A stretch of 64,000 nucleotides of DNA, from contig OY776562.1 in the NCBI GenBank assembly GCA_963675785.1, forward strand, positions 320,001 through 384,000. Direction: 5' to 3'. Source of the stretch: Anaerolineae bacterium. Its GTDB lineage: Bacteria > Chloroflexota > Anaerolineae > UBA1429. Made by a program: the position numbers and the translations under genes. The notes beneath the pieces are model-generated. The model did no database searches. It was given only the letters and a program-made list of their open reading frames with translations, and had not been told where the DNA came from. Shown here piece by piece: positions 1-9,363 of the stretch (position 1 is its first letter; every line of letters starts with the position of its first letter).

Positions 1-298
1 TATAAGCGCCGCCATGTAAATAAAGGATGACGCGCTCTTCGCAGGGCTTGCCCCTGGGCACCACCCAGTAACAACGGGGCTGCTCCAAAGAGCTTCGGCG
101 GATTTCACCACTTGTGGGAATGAGGTATTGCACAGTACTGCTGAGCTGTCGTTTGGTGCGGATCGAAGTGCTGGCCAGCGGCCGATAGAGATAACGCAAT
201 AAGGCATAGACGATGCGTGCCCTGAGACTGGGACGTAGGGCGCCAAGCGCCTCTAGCACAAACAACCCTAATCCAATGCGGGTAGCATAGCGCCCCAT
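1..298 (-). CDS. alpha/beta hydrolase (HSL-like esterase), N-terminal part; runs off the window edge
   Basis: Manual translation from ATG at 298 is open to the edge and ends ...ERVILYLHGGAY (HGG oxyanion-hole motif). Not in the ORF track. Confidence 0.75.
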   Translation of the reverse strand, partial: MGRYATRIGLGLFVLEALGALRPSLRARIVYALLRYLYRPLASTSIRTKRQLSSTVQYLIPTSGEIRRSSLEQPRCYWVVPRGKPCEERVILYLHGGAY

Positions 299-329
299 AT
301 CGGCAGAACGTCCCTCGGCCCCGGCGGCA

Positions 330-977
330 TTATCCAAGGCCATGGCGTATGGCGTAGAGTGCGGCCTGGACGCGGTCGCGCAGGCCTAGCTGGCTGAGGA
401 TGCTGGAAACGTGATTCTTGACGGTGCCTTCGCTCAAGTAAAGTTCTTGGGCGATCTCTTTGTTCGAGGCGCCGGTGCCCAGTAATCTCAACACCTGCAG
501 CTCGCGATCGGTAAGGCTTGTCGGAATGTCTTCAGGACGTTGATCACTGCTGGCTGGCGTCAATCTATCTATCAACATACCAGCGATAGAAGGGGCCAAC
601 TGGGAGATGCCCGCATAGGTGAGCCGCACAGCCTGGGCAAGCTCAGCAACGGGAATGTCTTTGAGAAGATAGCCGTTGGCTCCAGCGCGCAGAGAACGTA
701 CGATGTATTCCTCATCGTCGAACGTTGTCAGCATGAGGATTTTGCAATCGGGCAATATAACCTGGATGCGCTCTGTTGCCTGGATGCCATCCATTTTGGG
801 CATGCGAATATCCATCAGGATGACGTCGGGGCGTTGCTTTGCAGCTTGATTGACGGCTTGTTGACCATCCGCTGCTGTGCCAATGACACTGACGCCCTCT
901 TGGATATCCAAAAGGGAGGCAATGCCTTCGCGCACGAGCTGTTGATCGTCGACGATCAAAACACGGATGTCTGTCAT
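330..977 (-). CDS. NarL/LuxR-family response regulator
   Basis: Receiver domain (IVDD, DVILMDIRMP, GYLLK) plus LuxR HTH (LTDRELQVL...SNKEIAQELYLSEGTVKNHVS). Confidence 0.95.
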   Translation of the reverse strand: MTDIRVLIVDDQQLVREGIASLLDIQEGVSVIGTAADGQQAVNQAAKQRPDVILMDIRMPKMDGIQATERIQVILPDCKILMLTTFDDEEYIVRSLRAGANGYLLKDIPVAELAQAVRLTYAGISQLAPSIAGMLIDRLTPASSDQRPEDIPTSLTDRELQVLRLLGTGASNKEIAQELYLSEGTVKNHVSSILSQLGLRDRVQAALYAIRHGLG

Positions 978-999
978 GGTTTTCCCTGGGGGAATGTGG

Positions 1000-2247
1000 C
1001 TACGGATGAGTCACTCTGGGTATGGTGGCGGTGATTGTGCTGCCTTTGGGGGAACTCTGAATATCCAACTTACCCTGCAGCAATTCTACTCGCTCTTTGA
1101 TTCCTCGCAACCCAAAGCTACGATCCTGTGCACGCGCTTTTTGCGGATCAAAACCTTTGCCATCATCGGTAAGGCAGAGGTAGGCGTTTTCTTCGCCGAA
1201 TGTCACTGATAGAGAGATGTGATGAGCGTCGGCGTGTTTAAGGATGTTGGTAATGCCCTCTTGCGCCGCTCGGTAGAGCGTCATCAATACAGATTGGCTG
1301 TAGCGCGTTTCCTCACCTTTGATGGTAATCTGCGTGTCATATTGTTCCTGATCCAGAGCGCGCAACAGGTTCGTCAGCGATTCTTTGAAAGAGAATTGAT
1401 TTTCTGAATTACGCAGGGCACTCACGGATTCACGCACATCTTGCAACGCCTCCGATGCGGCCTGCCGGGCATCCTTGACAGCTTGCATAGCTTCGTCCAT
1501 ATCGCGATCTCGATAGACAAGGGCCTTTTCCAATTGGATGGAGATAGCTGTCAAATAGTGCCCCAGCGAATCGTGAATATCGCGAGCCATACGGTTTCGT
1601 TCTTCAGCAGCTGCCAACTCGACAACCTGTTCAGCATAGGCCTGCAAGGCCATGTTGGAGAGCTGCAGGTCATTGAGCAGGTGCTCGGTATAGCGTTGAT
1701 AGTGCTCGTTACGCTTGAGCAGATACCCCATCACCGTGGCAAAGCTCATGGCGTAGGCCAGGGTAATGAAATCGACAGGTGGCGGATTGAAGGATACTCC
1801 CAGTGTTGTGGCATAGATATACAGGTACCCCGCTGTCAGCAGGATGCCTGGGAGAAGACCGAGTGAAAAAACTGCTGAAAAAGGCACAATAGTCGCTAAA
1901 AAAAGCGAAGCGGTGCTCCCATCGAGAAATTGAATCACTTCGACGAAAATGATGCGTAACAAGAGATAACCCACACGTCCGCCAAAGGTAACACCATCAG
2001 GAGAGCGTTTGCGTTCATCGGTCTCAATGGCAACAAGGGGCACAAAGGCCAAAGCAAGGGCAATATCCCAAAGGATGCTTTCTTGGTTAATGGGGATGGT
2101 GACGTTTTGGATCATCGTAAGGAACCAGATGATGCCAATGATAGCCAGGGAGAACGCAAAACGAGTCGATCTGCCAAAAGAAGCTTTTCTATTCCACAAC
2201 AGGCGATTTTGTACTTTCATCCGTTCCGACCGATCTGCCATGCGCAC
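1000..2247 (-). CDS. membrane sensor histidine kinase (HisKA_3 type)
   Basis: N-terminal TM helices, ERNRMARDIHDSLGH H-box, EGITNILKHA N-box, DDGKGF and FGLRGIKER G-boxes. Start uncertain. Confidence 0.93.
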   Translation of the reverse strand: MRMADRSERMKVQNRLLWNRKASFGRSTRFAFSLAIIGIIWFLTMIQNVTIPINQESILWDIALALAFVPLVAIETDERKRSPDGVTFGGRVGYLLLRIIFVEVIQFLDGSTASLFLATIVPFSAVFSLGLLPGILLTAGYLYIYATTLGVSFNPPPVDFITLAYAMSFATVMGYLLKRNEHYQRYTEHLLNDLQLSNMALQAYAEQVVELAAAEERNRMARDIHDSLGHYLTAISIQLEKALVYRDRDMDEAMQAVKDARQAASEALQDVRESVSALRNSENQFSFKESLTNLLRALDQEQYDTQITIKGEETRYSQSVLMTLYRAAQEGITNILKHADAHHISLSVTFGEENAYLCLTDDGKGFDPQKARAQDRSFGLRGIKERVELLQGKLDIQSSPKGSTITATIPRVTHP

Positions 2248-2310
2248 ATAAACCCATTATCCAGAGTTTAGTCTTTTGAGACAAGTATTTTCAAGGGGGT
2301 GTGCCCCGAA

Positions 2311-2340
2311 CATGACTAAAGACACGTGTCTTGAGTCATG
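2311..2340. promoter_or_regulatory. 30-bp near-perfect palindrome, candidate operator
   Basis: CATGACTAAAGACACGTGTCTTGAGTCATG in the divergent intergenic region between the two-component genes and the acyltransferase. Confidence 0.5.
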
Positions 2341-2467
2341 AAGACAACTTGAGAACGTGACTCGACTGATGTCGATTGACACTATTGTTAAGGGCTCGGG
2401 TGCTTTATGCTTTGGGGGTGAGCGGTAACCGTTTTGTCCGGATCAAAGGACTGAAAGCAAGTTTGGA

Positions 2468-3208
2468 GTGAACATGACCGGAGAGGGTATGCTCTATCGC
2501 ATCACCAGAGTGTTAGCGAGGCTCTATACGCGCATCTTTCTCGATATGGATGTGGTTTGGGAAAGCAATGTTCCTCAGGGGCCGCGTATCTTTGTGGCTA
2601 ACCATCCCAGCACAACAGATCCCTTTTACCTGGCTATGTTGGTCAACAGCCCTTCCCATGTGTTGGTTTTCTCCAGCGCATTTGAGCTAAAATTCTGGGG
2701 CAAGCTCCTGCTCAAGTTGGGGCACATCCCGGTCTATAAAGATAACGGGCATGCGGCTTATGATGCTGCAATTCAGGCACTGAAACGAGGAGAGACCGTC
2801 ATTCTCTTCCCAGAAGGGCGTATCAGCCCCGTTGAGGGCGGCTTTTATTCATCCAAGAGCGGTGCGGCAAGAATGGCTCTCGAAACCGGCGCTCCGGTGA
2901 TCCCGGCAGGTATTGCTTTCCCTTGGGGAAATGTGCGTTCTTCACAGGCAGATATTGCGGGTACGTCATGTGAGGCCCGATTACTGCTTAAGGGGGCCTA
3001 CAACATGACCGTGGGGCAACCGCTTTATCTAAAGGGCAATGTGGATGACCGCGCTGATGTGGTTCGTGCCCGAGATGAGATTATGACACACATTGGGAGG
3101 CTCTCTGAGCAGAGCAGATGGCGCCTTGGCATGCGCCACATGCAGTGGGATGCCCTGCCCGGTGCCGAGTTCCTGCTTCGTTTTGTTACCAGACTTGCTT
3201 CACGCTAG
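2468..3208 (+). CDS. lysophospholipid (PlsC-like) acyltransferase
   Basis: NHPSTTD (HX4D) and FPEGR motifs. Confidence 0.9.
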   Translation: MNMTGEGMLYRITRVLARLYTRIFLDMDVVWESNVPQGPRIFVANHPSTTDPFYLAMLVNSPSHVLVFSSAFELKFWGKLLLKLGHIPVYKDNGHAAYDAAIQALKRGETVILFPEGRISPVEGGFYSSKSGAARMALETGAPVIPAGIAFPWGNVRSSQADIAGTSCEARLLLKGAYNMTVGQPLYLKGNVDDRADVVRARDEIMTHIGRLSEQSRWRLGMRHMQWDALPGAEFLLRFVTRLASR

Positions 3209-3217
3209 CTTATAAGC

Positions 3218-3251
3218 AAAAGAGCCGCCCCCAAAAGGGCGGCTCTTTTTT
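3218..3251. terminator. bidirectional intrinsic terminator
   Basis: AAAAGAGCCGCCC/GGGCGGCTCTTTTT between convergent genes. Confidence 0.85.
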
Positions 3252-3259
3252 GTTCTTGT

Positions 3260-4183
3260 CTATTTAAAGATGCTTTTGGGCATATAGAGGGAGACGCCAA
3301 AGTTGGGTGCATCTACAATCTGGCTGATCTTGAGATCAGCCGCCACGCTGCAAAGAGCATAGGCTTCGGCGGGTTCCAACTTGTGGTGCTCAACCAGATG
3401 ATCAATCATATATCGTACAGCATTCTGGGCTGCGGCAAAAAGGTCATTGCCGAGGGATGTCGTGCAATAATAACCAGCAGAGTCGGCTGCGGTCAGTGGC
3501 GAGGCGACTGTAAAACGCGGCTCGGCAAAATTAGCCTCTTTAAGAAGGGTGAACCTGAGTGTGACATCATAGTCAGATTCGATGCCTGTGCCACACACTT
3601 CGCCATCTCCTTGGGCAGCATGTGCATCACCGCAACAGAATAAGGCACCCTCTCTAAAAACAGGCAAATAGAGCGTTGAGCCCGCCTTGAGGCCGCGCGT
3701 ATCCAGATTGCCACCGTGCACATCAGGCACCGGTGTTGGCATAGGGCCATCGGTTGCTGGGGCGACGCCCATTTCGCCACAGAATGGTTCAACGGGTACG
3801 TGGATCCCCGACTTGAATTCGGTCCTTGCTCCACCCAGTTCCCAGATTTTGAGATAAGGATCGGCAAAGTCATCGGCCAACAAGCCAAAACCGGGAATAA
3901 TGCCGGTCCAGCCCCAGCCTTTATCGGCAAAACTCAGGATCTCGACCGCTAGTGCGTCACCTGGTTTGGCGCCTTTGACATAAACTGGGCCCGTTAGCGG
4001 GTTGACGCCAGCAAAGTCAAGTTTGCCAATCGCCTCTGCAGTATCCCCCGGTTTTACCTGGGCACCAGAGGCTTCGAGACATTCGATGGTCACCGTATCG
4101 CCTGGTTCAATTTCCAATCGTGGTTCATTGGCTGCATCCCAGGCATACTGCACTGTTTCTTTAGAGAGATAGTACTCGCTCAT
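3260..4183 (-). CDS. acetamidase/formamidase family protein
   Basis: NPLTGPVYV, HGGNLD and GDAHAAQGDGEVCGTGIE motifs. Start moved to ATG 4183 (MSEYYL), behind GGAGG. Confidence 0.92.
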   Translation of the reverse strand: MSEYYLSKETVQYAWDAANEPRLEIEPGDTVTIECLEASGAQVKPGDTAEAIGKLDFAGVNPLTGPVYVKGAKPGDALAVEILSFADKGWGWTGIIPGFGLLADDFADPYLKIWELGGARTEFKSGIHVPVEPFCGEMGVAPATDGPMPTPVPDVHGGNLDTRGLKAGSTLYLPVFREGALFCCGDAHAAQGDGEVCGTGIESDYDVTLRFTLLKEANFAEPRFTVASPLTAADSAGYYCTTSLGNDLFAAAQNAVRYMIDHLVEHHKLEPAEAYALCSVAADLKISQIVDAPNFGVSLYMPKSIFK

Positions 4184-4185
4184 TG

Positions 4186-5118
4186 TCAGTTTCCTCCCTG
4201 CTGAGCGCGAATTCGAGGATCTACTAGGCCCTGGATGATATCGAGCATGATGCTGCTGATAACCACAAGTAGAGCAGTAAAGATCACAGTCCCCATAATT
4301 AGGGGAATATCTACTTGCATGATGGCCTGAACCGCCATACGTCCAATACCTGGCCAGGCAAACACTTGCTCCACCAGCACCACGCCACCGACGAACCATG
4401 GGATATCCATGCAGGCCATGGTGATGATGGGGTTGAGTGCGTTAGGGATGACGTGTCGTAAAAGCACAACCCTTTTGGATAGGCCCTTGGCGTGTGCAGT
4501 GCGCACATAGTGCGCCGTGATCACATCCAGTGTACTGGATCGGGCCATTCTTGCATACCAGGCGGCACCTCCCAGCCCGGCTGTAATTGCGGGAAGGACC
4601 AAATGCAGCACGGTGCCGGCACCGCCAATAGGAAAGATGGGTATCTTGAATGAGAACCAGTAGATGAGCATCAATCCAAGCCAAAAGGAGGGTGCGGACA
4701 CACCCAGCAGTGCAAAGAACATGCCAGCTCGATCAAAAAAGGAGTACTGTTTGATGGCGCTGATCATGCCAATGGGCACGCCGATGAGAATCTCGACTAG
4801 GATACCCCCAAGTATTAGCTCCAGCGTATAGGGCAGTCGCTCCAAAATGGCCTGTGTGACCGGCATCTGTAAATCGTACGAAAAGCCCAGATCTCCCTGC
4901 AAAGCCCGGCCCACATATCGGATATACTGCTCCCAAAGTGGATCGTTCAACCCCAGTTCCTCACGAATACTGGCTACTGTTTCAACAGAGGCATTTGGCC
5001 CGGCATACATGCGGGCGGGATCGGCTGGCAGGTAGTAAATTAGTATGAATGTGAGTAACGAGATACCAAATAGTACGGGCACCGCCTGTAGCAGGCGGCG
5101 TGCGATGAGTTTAAACAT
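4186..5118 (-). CDS. peptide/nickel ABC transporter permease (DppB/OppB-like)
   Basis: PADPA N-terminus, GDLGFS, YVRTAHAKGLS EAA-like loop, DPRIR C-terminus. Confidence 0.93.
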   Translation of the reverse strand: MFKLIARRLLQAVPVLFGISLLTFILIYYLPADPARMYAGPNASVETVASIREELGLNDPLWEQYIRYVGRALQGDLGFSYDLQMPVTQAILERLPYTLELILGGILVEILIGVPIGMISAIKQYSFFDRAGMFFALLGVSAPSFWLGLMLIYWFSFKIPIFPIGGAGTVLHLVLPAITAGLGGAAWYARMARSSTLDVITAHYVRTAHAKGLSKRVVLLRHVIPNALNPIITMACMDIPWFVGGVVLVEQVFAWPGIGRMAVQAIMQVDIPLIMGTVIFTALLVVISSIMLDIIQGLVDPRIRAQQGGN

Positions 5119-5126
5119 GGCGCCTC

Positions 5127-6050
5127 CTACTTGCGCTGAATGGGGTCAAGGGCGTCTCGCAGCCCATCACCAACGAGGTTAAAAGCAAATACCGTGATCA
5201 TGATGGCGATGCCTGGAAACAGGATCATCCATGGAGCGTAGCGATAATACGGCTGTCCCTGTTGGATCATCTGTCCCCACGATGGCGTTGGCGGCTGAAC
5301 CCCGATTCCTAGATAGCTCAAAGATGCTTCGAGCATGACATTTGTAGCGATGCCCAACGTGCCCCATACGATCATGGTACTGATAAGATGAGGCATGATG
5401 TGCTTGATGAGGATTCTACCCTTGCGCGCACCCAAGGATATGGCAGCCAGAACATATTCTTGCTCTTTGAGGGCAAGAACCTGGCCATAGACCACGCGGG
5501 CTATCCACGTCCAATAGACCAATCCAATCACCAGAATGATGATCCAAAGGCTGGGGCTGAGAATAGCCACCAGCGCGATCGCCAGAAGCAGTGTGGGAAA
5601 AGCCATCATGATGTCGGTAAAGCGCATCAGAATGATTTCGATCCACCCGCCAAAGAACGCTGCGCTGGCACCAATCAGGGTGCCAATGGCTACTGCAACC
5701 AGGTTTGCCAGCACGCCAACCATAATGCTGACCCGTGCACCATAGATGATCCGGCTCAACAGATCTCGTCCAAGAGCATCGGTGCCGAGAATGAACTGGG
5801 TGCTTTCTGGCAGTGTGCTTGATAAGGGCAACCCCATCTCAGAAAGGCCTTCAATGTATTGAGTGGTAGGATCGTGTGGGGCAATGAGTGGCGCCAGGAT
5901 GGCTGTAAGGGTCAGGATGATGACAAGAAAGGCGCCTACAAGGGCCATTTTGTCGCGTTTGAAACGACGCCAGGCAATAGCGGTTTGTGATTGTTGCTGC
6001 CGTTTGATTTTTGAGAACTCGTCTAGCTCTTTTGTTTCTGCTGCTACCAT
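5127..6050 (-). CDS. peptide/nickel ABC transporter permease (DppC/OppC-like)
   Basis: LGTDALGRDLLSR, EASLSYLGIG and GDGLRDALDP motifs. Confidence 0.93.
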   Translation of the reverse strand: MVAAETKELDEFSKIKRQQQSQTAIAWRRFKRDKMALVGAFLVIILTLTAILAPLIAPHDPTTQYIEGLSEMGLPLSSTLPESTQFILGTDALGRDLLSRIIYGARVSIMVGVLANLVAVAIGTLIGASAAFFGGWIEIILMRFTDIMMAFPTLLLAIALVAILSPSLWIIILVIGLVYWTWIARVVYGQVLALKEQEYVLAAISLGARKGRILIKHIMPHLISTMIVWGTLGIATNVMLEASLSYLGIGVQPPTPSWGQMIQQGQPYYRYAPWMILFPGIAIMITVFAFNLVGDGLRDALDPIQRK

Positions 6051-6120
6051 ATATCACTCCAACTAGAACTAGAACGCGGGCGCCGTGGTGTTGATACGGC
6101 GCCCGCGCTTTGTGCGGCGT

Positions 6121-7830
6121 CTACTGACTCTTCCAGAGCCGCTCGTAGCGAATGGTGTGTTCCATATGAGCAAAGTCCGAGACTTCTCCACTCAATGATT
6201 CTGAATGAAGGATGTTATAGGTGCCGTTGTAAACGGGCACCCATACTGCATCGTCCATCAACTCACCAAATATGTTGGTGTATTCAGCCATGCGGGTTTC
6301 GCTATCCAGAATACCCAGGGCACTGATGGCGCGGTCATGGAGTTCTGTATTGCAGTACCAAGACCAGTTCCAACCACCAACGACGGCTGCATCACAGCCT
6401 AGAATTGGCGCGTAAAAATCGTCAGGATCAGGATAATCCTGAATCCAGGCTAGGCCGCCGGACCAAACCAGAGGTGCTGTGTTCGGCGTGCCGCCGTCTT
6501 CAATGACTGTTGAAGCTGCAACCTGCTTGATTTCGAGTTCGATGCCGACTTCGGCCAGATCCTGCTGGAACGATTCGCAAATCTTGGGCTCGGGATCGAT
6601 AGCGACACACTCGATGACAGTCGAAAAGCCATCAGGATAGCCAGCTTCTGCCAAGAGTTCACGAGCTTTTTCGGGATCATATTCGTAACCGGTAAAAGTA
6701 TCATCGTATCCCGGCATTTCTGGCGGGAGGATTTGATTGGCAGCTCGTACACGGCCATTGAGCAGTGTAACAATGCGATCTTTATTGATGGCATAGTTCA
6801 AGGCCTGGCGTACACGCACGTCATCAAAGGGGGCCATTTGTGTATTGATGGCGATATAGATGGTTGAAACCTGGGGTGCCTGAACCAACTGTCCTTCCCA
6901 TTCGGGATCCTGGAGGATGCTGACATAATCGGCTGCGGGAATTGGATCGCCCATCATGTCGATTTCGCCGCCTTCGAGGCGCAGGATCTGTACATCAGGG
7001 GTGACACCTACCTGGATGATAACGCCATCAAGATAGGGTAGTTCTTCGATAAAGTAATCGGCGTTCTTTTCGAATTCGATCTGCTGACCCGAATTCCATG
7101 ATTTGAATACAAAGGGCCCTGTGCCGACGGGGTGATGACCAAATTCGTCGCCCCATTCATCAACAGCTTCTTGAGGTACGATAAAGGCAAAGTTGAGGGC
7201 CATTTTGTTCAAAAAGGTAACGTCAGAGCTGACCAGCGTAAATTTGATAGTATAGGTGTCGATAACTTCAATGCCCGAAACAGAGTCTGCCTCGCCTGCC
7301 ATGAATGCTTCGGCGCCCAGAATGCCCGTGTAGAAACCAGCGCCGGGGCTCATAGTGGCAGGATCAAGCACACGCGTGATTGAGTATTCGACGTCAGAGG
7401 CAACAAGTTCGCGACCGTTATGGAATTTGACTCCCTGCCGCAGTGTAAAGGTGTACTCTGTGGCATCCTCGTTGATAACGGGCATCTCTGCCGCAAGCTG
7501 CGGCACGAGGTTTGTTGTGTCATCATAGTCGAGCAGCGCATCATAGAGCATCTTTTCCGCTGGCCAGTTAGTCCAGTCATAGCCAATGGCCGGGTCTAGC
7601 GTAGCTAGGTCATCATTGTAAGCGATGGTCATGATGCCGCCATACTGGGGCTCATCACTTGCAGTTTCGGTTGTAGGGGACGTAGACGCATCTGTCCCGG
7701 GCGTAGCAGTGGGATCAGGTGCAGTTGTGGGTGTGCCGCATCCGCTCAATACGAGCGAAGCCAGCATAACCGTCAATGCGGCCCATTTGGCTGCTCTGGA
7801 TAGAATACCGTGTGTGTGGGTGGTGTTCAT
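6121..7830 (-). CDS. ABC transporter family-5 substrate-binding lipoprotein
   Basis: Lipobox LSGC, PT-rich linker, LDPA, LRQGVKFHNG and GTGPF motifs. Start moved to ATG 7830, behind AGGAG. Confidence 0.93.
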   Translation of the reverse strand: MNTTHTHGILSRAAKWAALTVMLASLVLSGCGTPTTAPDPTATPGTDASTSPTTETASDEPQYGGIMTIAYNDDLATLDPAIGYDWTNWPAEKMLYDALLDYDDTTNLVPQLAAEMPVINEDATEYTFTLRQGVKFHNGRELVASDVEYSITRVLDPATMSPGAGFYTGILGAEAFMAGEADSVSGIEVIDTYTIKFTLVSSDVTFLNKMALNFAFIVPQEAVDEWGDEFGHHPVGTGPFVFKSWNSGQQIEFEKNADYFIEELPYLDGVIIQVGVTPDVQILRLEGGEIDMMGDPIPAADYVSILQDPEWEGQLVQAPQVSTIYIAINTQMAPFDDVRVRQALNYAINKDRIVTLLNGRVRAANQILPPEMPGYDDTFTGYEYDPEKARELLAEAGYPDGFSTVIECVAIDPEPKICESFQQDLAEVGIELEIKQVAASTVIEDGGTPNTAPLVWSGGLAWIQDYPDPDDFYAPILGCDAAVVGGWNWSWYCNTELHDRAISALGILDSETRMAEYTNIFGELMDDAVWVPVYNGTYNILHSESLSGEVSDFAHMEHTIRYERLWKSQ

Positions 7831-7876
7831 TCCAAATCTCCTGTGCCTAGAAAACGATAAACAACCCCCGGAGAAC

Positions 7877-7935
7877 AAAAAAACGGTGACCCCGGAGTAT
7901 CACTTGCATCACTGCAATCTCCGGCATCACCGCCG
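7877..7935 (-). promoter_or_regulatory. leader terminator with ANTAR-like twin hairpins
   Basis: Terminator CGGUGAUGCCGGAG/CUCCGGGGUCACCG followed by U7. It overlaps hexaloop hairpins CGGC-GGUGAU-GCCG and UUGC-AGUGAU-GCAA. Confidence 0.6.
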
Positions 7936-7976
7936 AAAGCTATCATAACTCTAAATATTAACACGCTTCTTCATCG

Positions 7977-8014
7977 GAGACTAGTGCAATCTGCACAAAA
8001 TATGCACTAGTCTC
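7977..8014. repeat. 12-bp inverted repeat downstream of the RIO kinase gene (terminator-like or operator)
   Basis: GAGACTAGTGCA...TGCACTAGTCTC. No clear U-tract. Confidence 0.5.
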
Positions 8015-8037
8015 ATTGTTCGTTTCTACAAGATCTC

Positions 8038-9024
8038 TTACTCGTTTGGGATGCCGATGTCGCCACTGATCACGGGTGTCTCAGTCTGGATGATATGCTT
8101 CTGCCACAACTCTTGAGCGAGTACTGCTGAATCCCTTTCAAGACCCTGCGAGGCAAAATACTCGCAGATGCGGGTAACATCTCTCTCAAAGAGCTGATAG
8201 GCTTGCCTGTTGTTGTAGCAATCCACCACTTGCGGAAAGTCAATCAACGTGATCTCTCCCCGCCAGTAGAGCACGTTATAGGCTGATAGATCGCCGTGAA
8301 TCATCTCCAGATCCAGCATGATGCGGATATTGCGTACGAGCTCTTCAAAGAGAAGTTCTACCTCTTTGTGTTCAAGATGCACACTGCGCAATATGGGAGC
8401 AGCGATTCCATCGTCGCCAATATAGTCCATGAGTATGACGTTCTCACTAACGGCCAGTGGTATTGGAACCGAGGCTCCCGCTTCATACAGGCGCTTTAGT
8501 GCATCGTATTCATGAGCTAGCCAGGAGACATGCCTCAGTTCTTCTCCAAAGGAGGTTTTCTTGCGTAAAGCCGTCTGGCTGCGTCGGTCATTCTCCTTAA
8601 TGGCCTCTCCCCCCAAATCGACGATGCTACGTCCCTCACGGTAGGCGGCATCGTTGCGTAGATTGCGAAACTGCTGGGGACGGTAGACTTTGGCGGCGAT
8701 GATGCGCCCGTTATGTGCAGGCCCGGCCACGCAACGATAAACCGAAGCCTCTTTTCCGCCCTTGATAACAGAAAGTACGTCGACAATGAGCTCTTCTTCG
8801 ATGAACCCGCGAAGCGATTCGCTCAGCCATTTGGCTTCGTAGAGCCCCGGCTGGTATGTGGTCACAAGAATGTCGAACTCGCGATCATTCTGTGGGTCGG
8901 CACTGATGGTCGCTTGAGGCTTTCTTTTATCATGGAGTTTGTGATGCGTTGGACGAAAACCCAACGCCTGGAGCTGTTCGTCTTCTTCGAGATAGTCAAG
9001 ATCATTCAAATAGTGGGTGTTCAA
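8038..9024 (-). CDS. RIO1-family atypical protein kinase
   Basis: KGGKEASVY, AAKVYR, IHGDLSAYNVL and IDFPQ motifs. Confidence 0.93.
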   Translation of the reverse strand: MNTHYLNDLDYLEEDEQLQALGFRPTHHKLHDKRKPQATISADPQNDREFDILVTTYQPGLYEAKWLSESLRGFIEEELIVDVLSVIKGGKEASVYRCVAGPAHNGRIIAAKVYRPQQFRNLRNDAAYREGRSIVDLGGEAIKENDRRSQTALRKKTSFGEELRHVSWLAHEYDALKRLYEAGASVPIPLAVSENVILMDYIGDDGIAAPILRSVHLEHKEVELLFEELVRNIRIMLDLEMIHGDLSAYNVLYWRGEITLIDFPQVVDCYNNRQAYQLFERDVTRICEYFASQGLERDSAVLAQELWQKHIIQTETPVISGDIGIPNE

Positions 9025-9071
9025 CTCGTTCTCCCAATTGAAAAGGATATTTCCAGAGTTTGGCGACCCAC

Positions 9072-9106
9072 AAAAAAAGGGTCGCAGGGCATGCGCCTTG
9101 CGACCC
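9072..9106 (-). terminator. attenuator terminator in the RIO kinase leader
   Basis: GGGUCGCA...UGCGACCC followed by U7, between the leader ORF and the RIO start. Confidence 0.8.
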
Positions 9107-9120
9107 GATCTCGAAAAGAA

Positions 9121-9174
9121 TCAGGATACCACAGGCAAGGCGCGATAAGCGATTTTTCTTACAATGGTTTGCAT
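9121..9174 (-). CDS. 17-aa leader peptide MQTIVRKIAYRALPVVS
   Basis: AAGGAGG RBS, ATG 9174, TGA 9121-9123. It contains the anti-terminator strand GCGCCUUGC. Confidence 0.7.
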   Translation of the reverse strand: MQTIVRKIAYRALPVVS

Positions 9175-9215
9175 GTTTACGCGCCTCCTTTCAGAGTAAT
9201 ATCCTTTGTGGCATT

Positions 9216-9244
9216 AGAATAATAGACCTGAGCCATGCTGTCAA
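9216..9244 (-). promoter_or_regulatory. sigma70-type promoter for the leader/RIO kinase transcript
   Basis: TTGACA-17 nt-TATTCT. Confidence 0.7.
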
Positions 9245-9363
9245 GTAGGAATGTCTACGAGCAGCTCATCTTTTCAGGATGGCTCGCTCTTATATACAAG
9301 AGCGTTGCACTTTGTACCTCAGAGGAATAAAATACTCTTTCCTGTCGAGGAGGGAAGAGTAAA

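Noticed and set aside
7830-7950. Guanidine-I (ykkC) riboswitch suggested by UUUUCUAGG
   Set aside because: The following GUUCCG and 3' AAAAGCCCGG consensus elements are absent, and the motif lies after the terminator.
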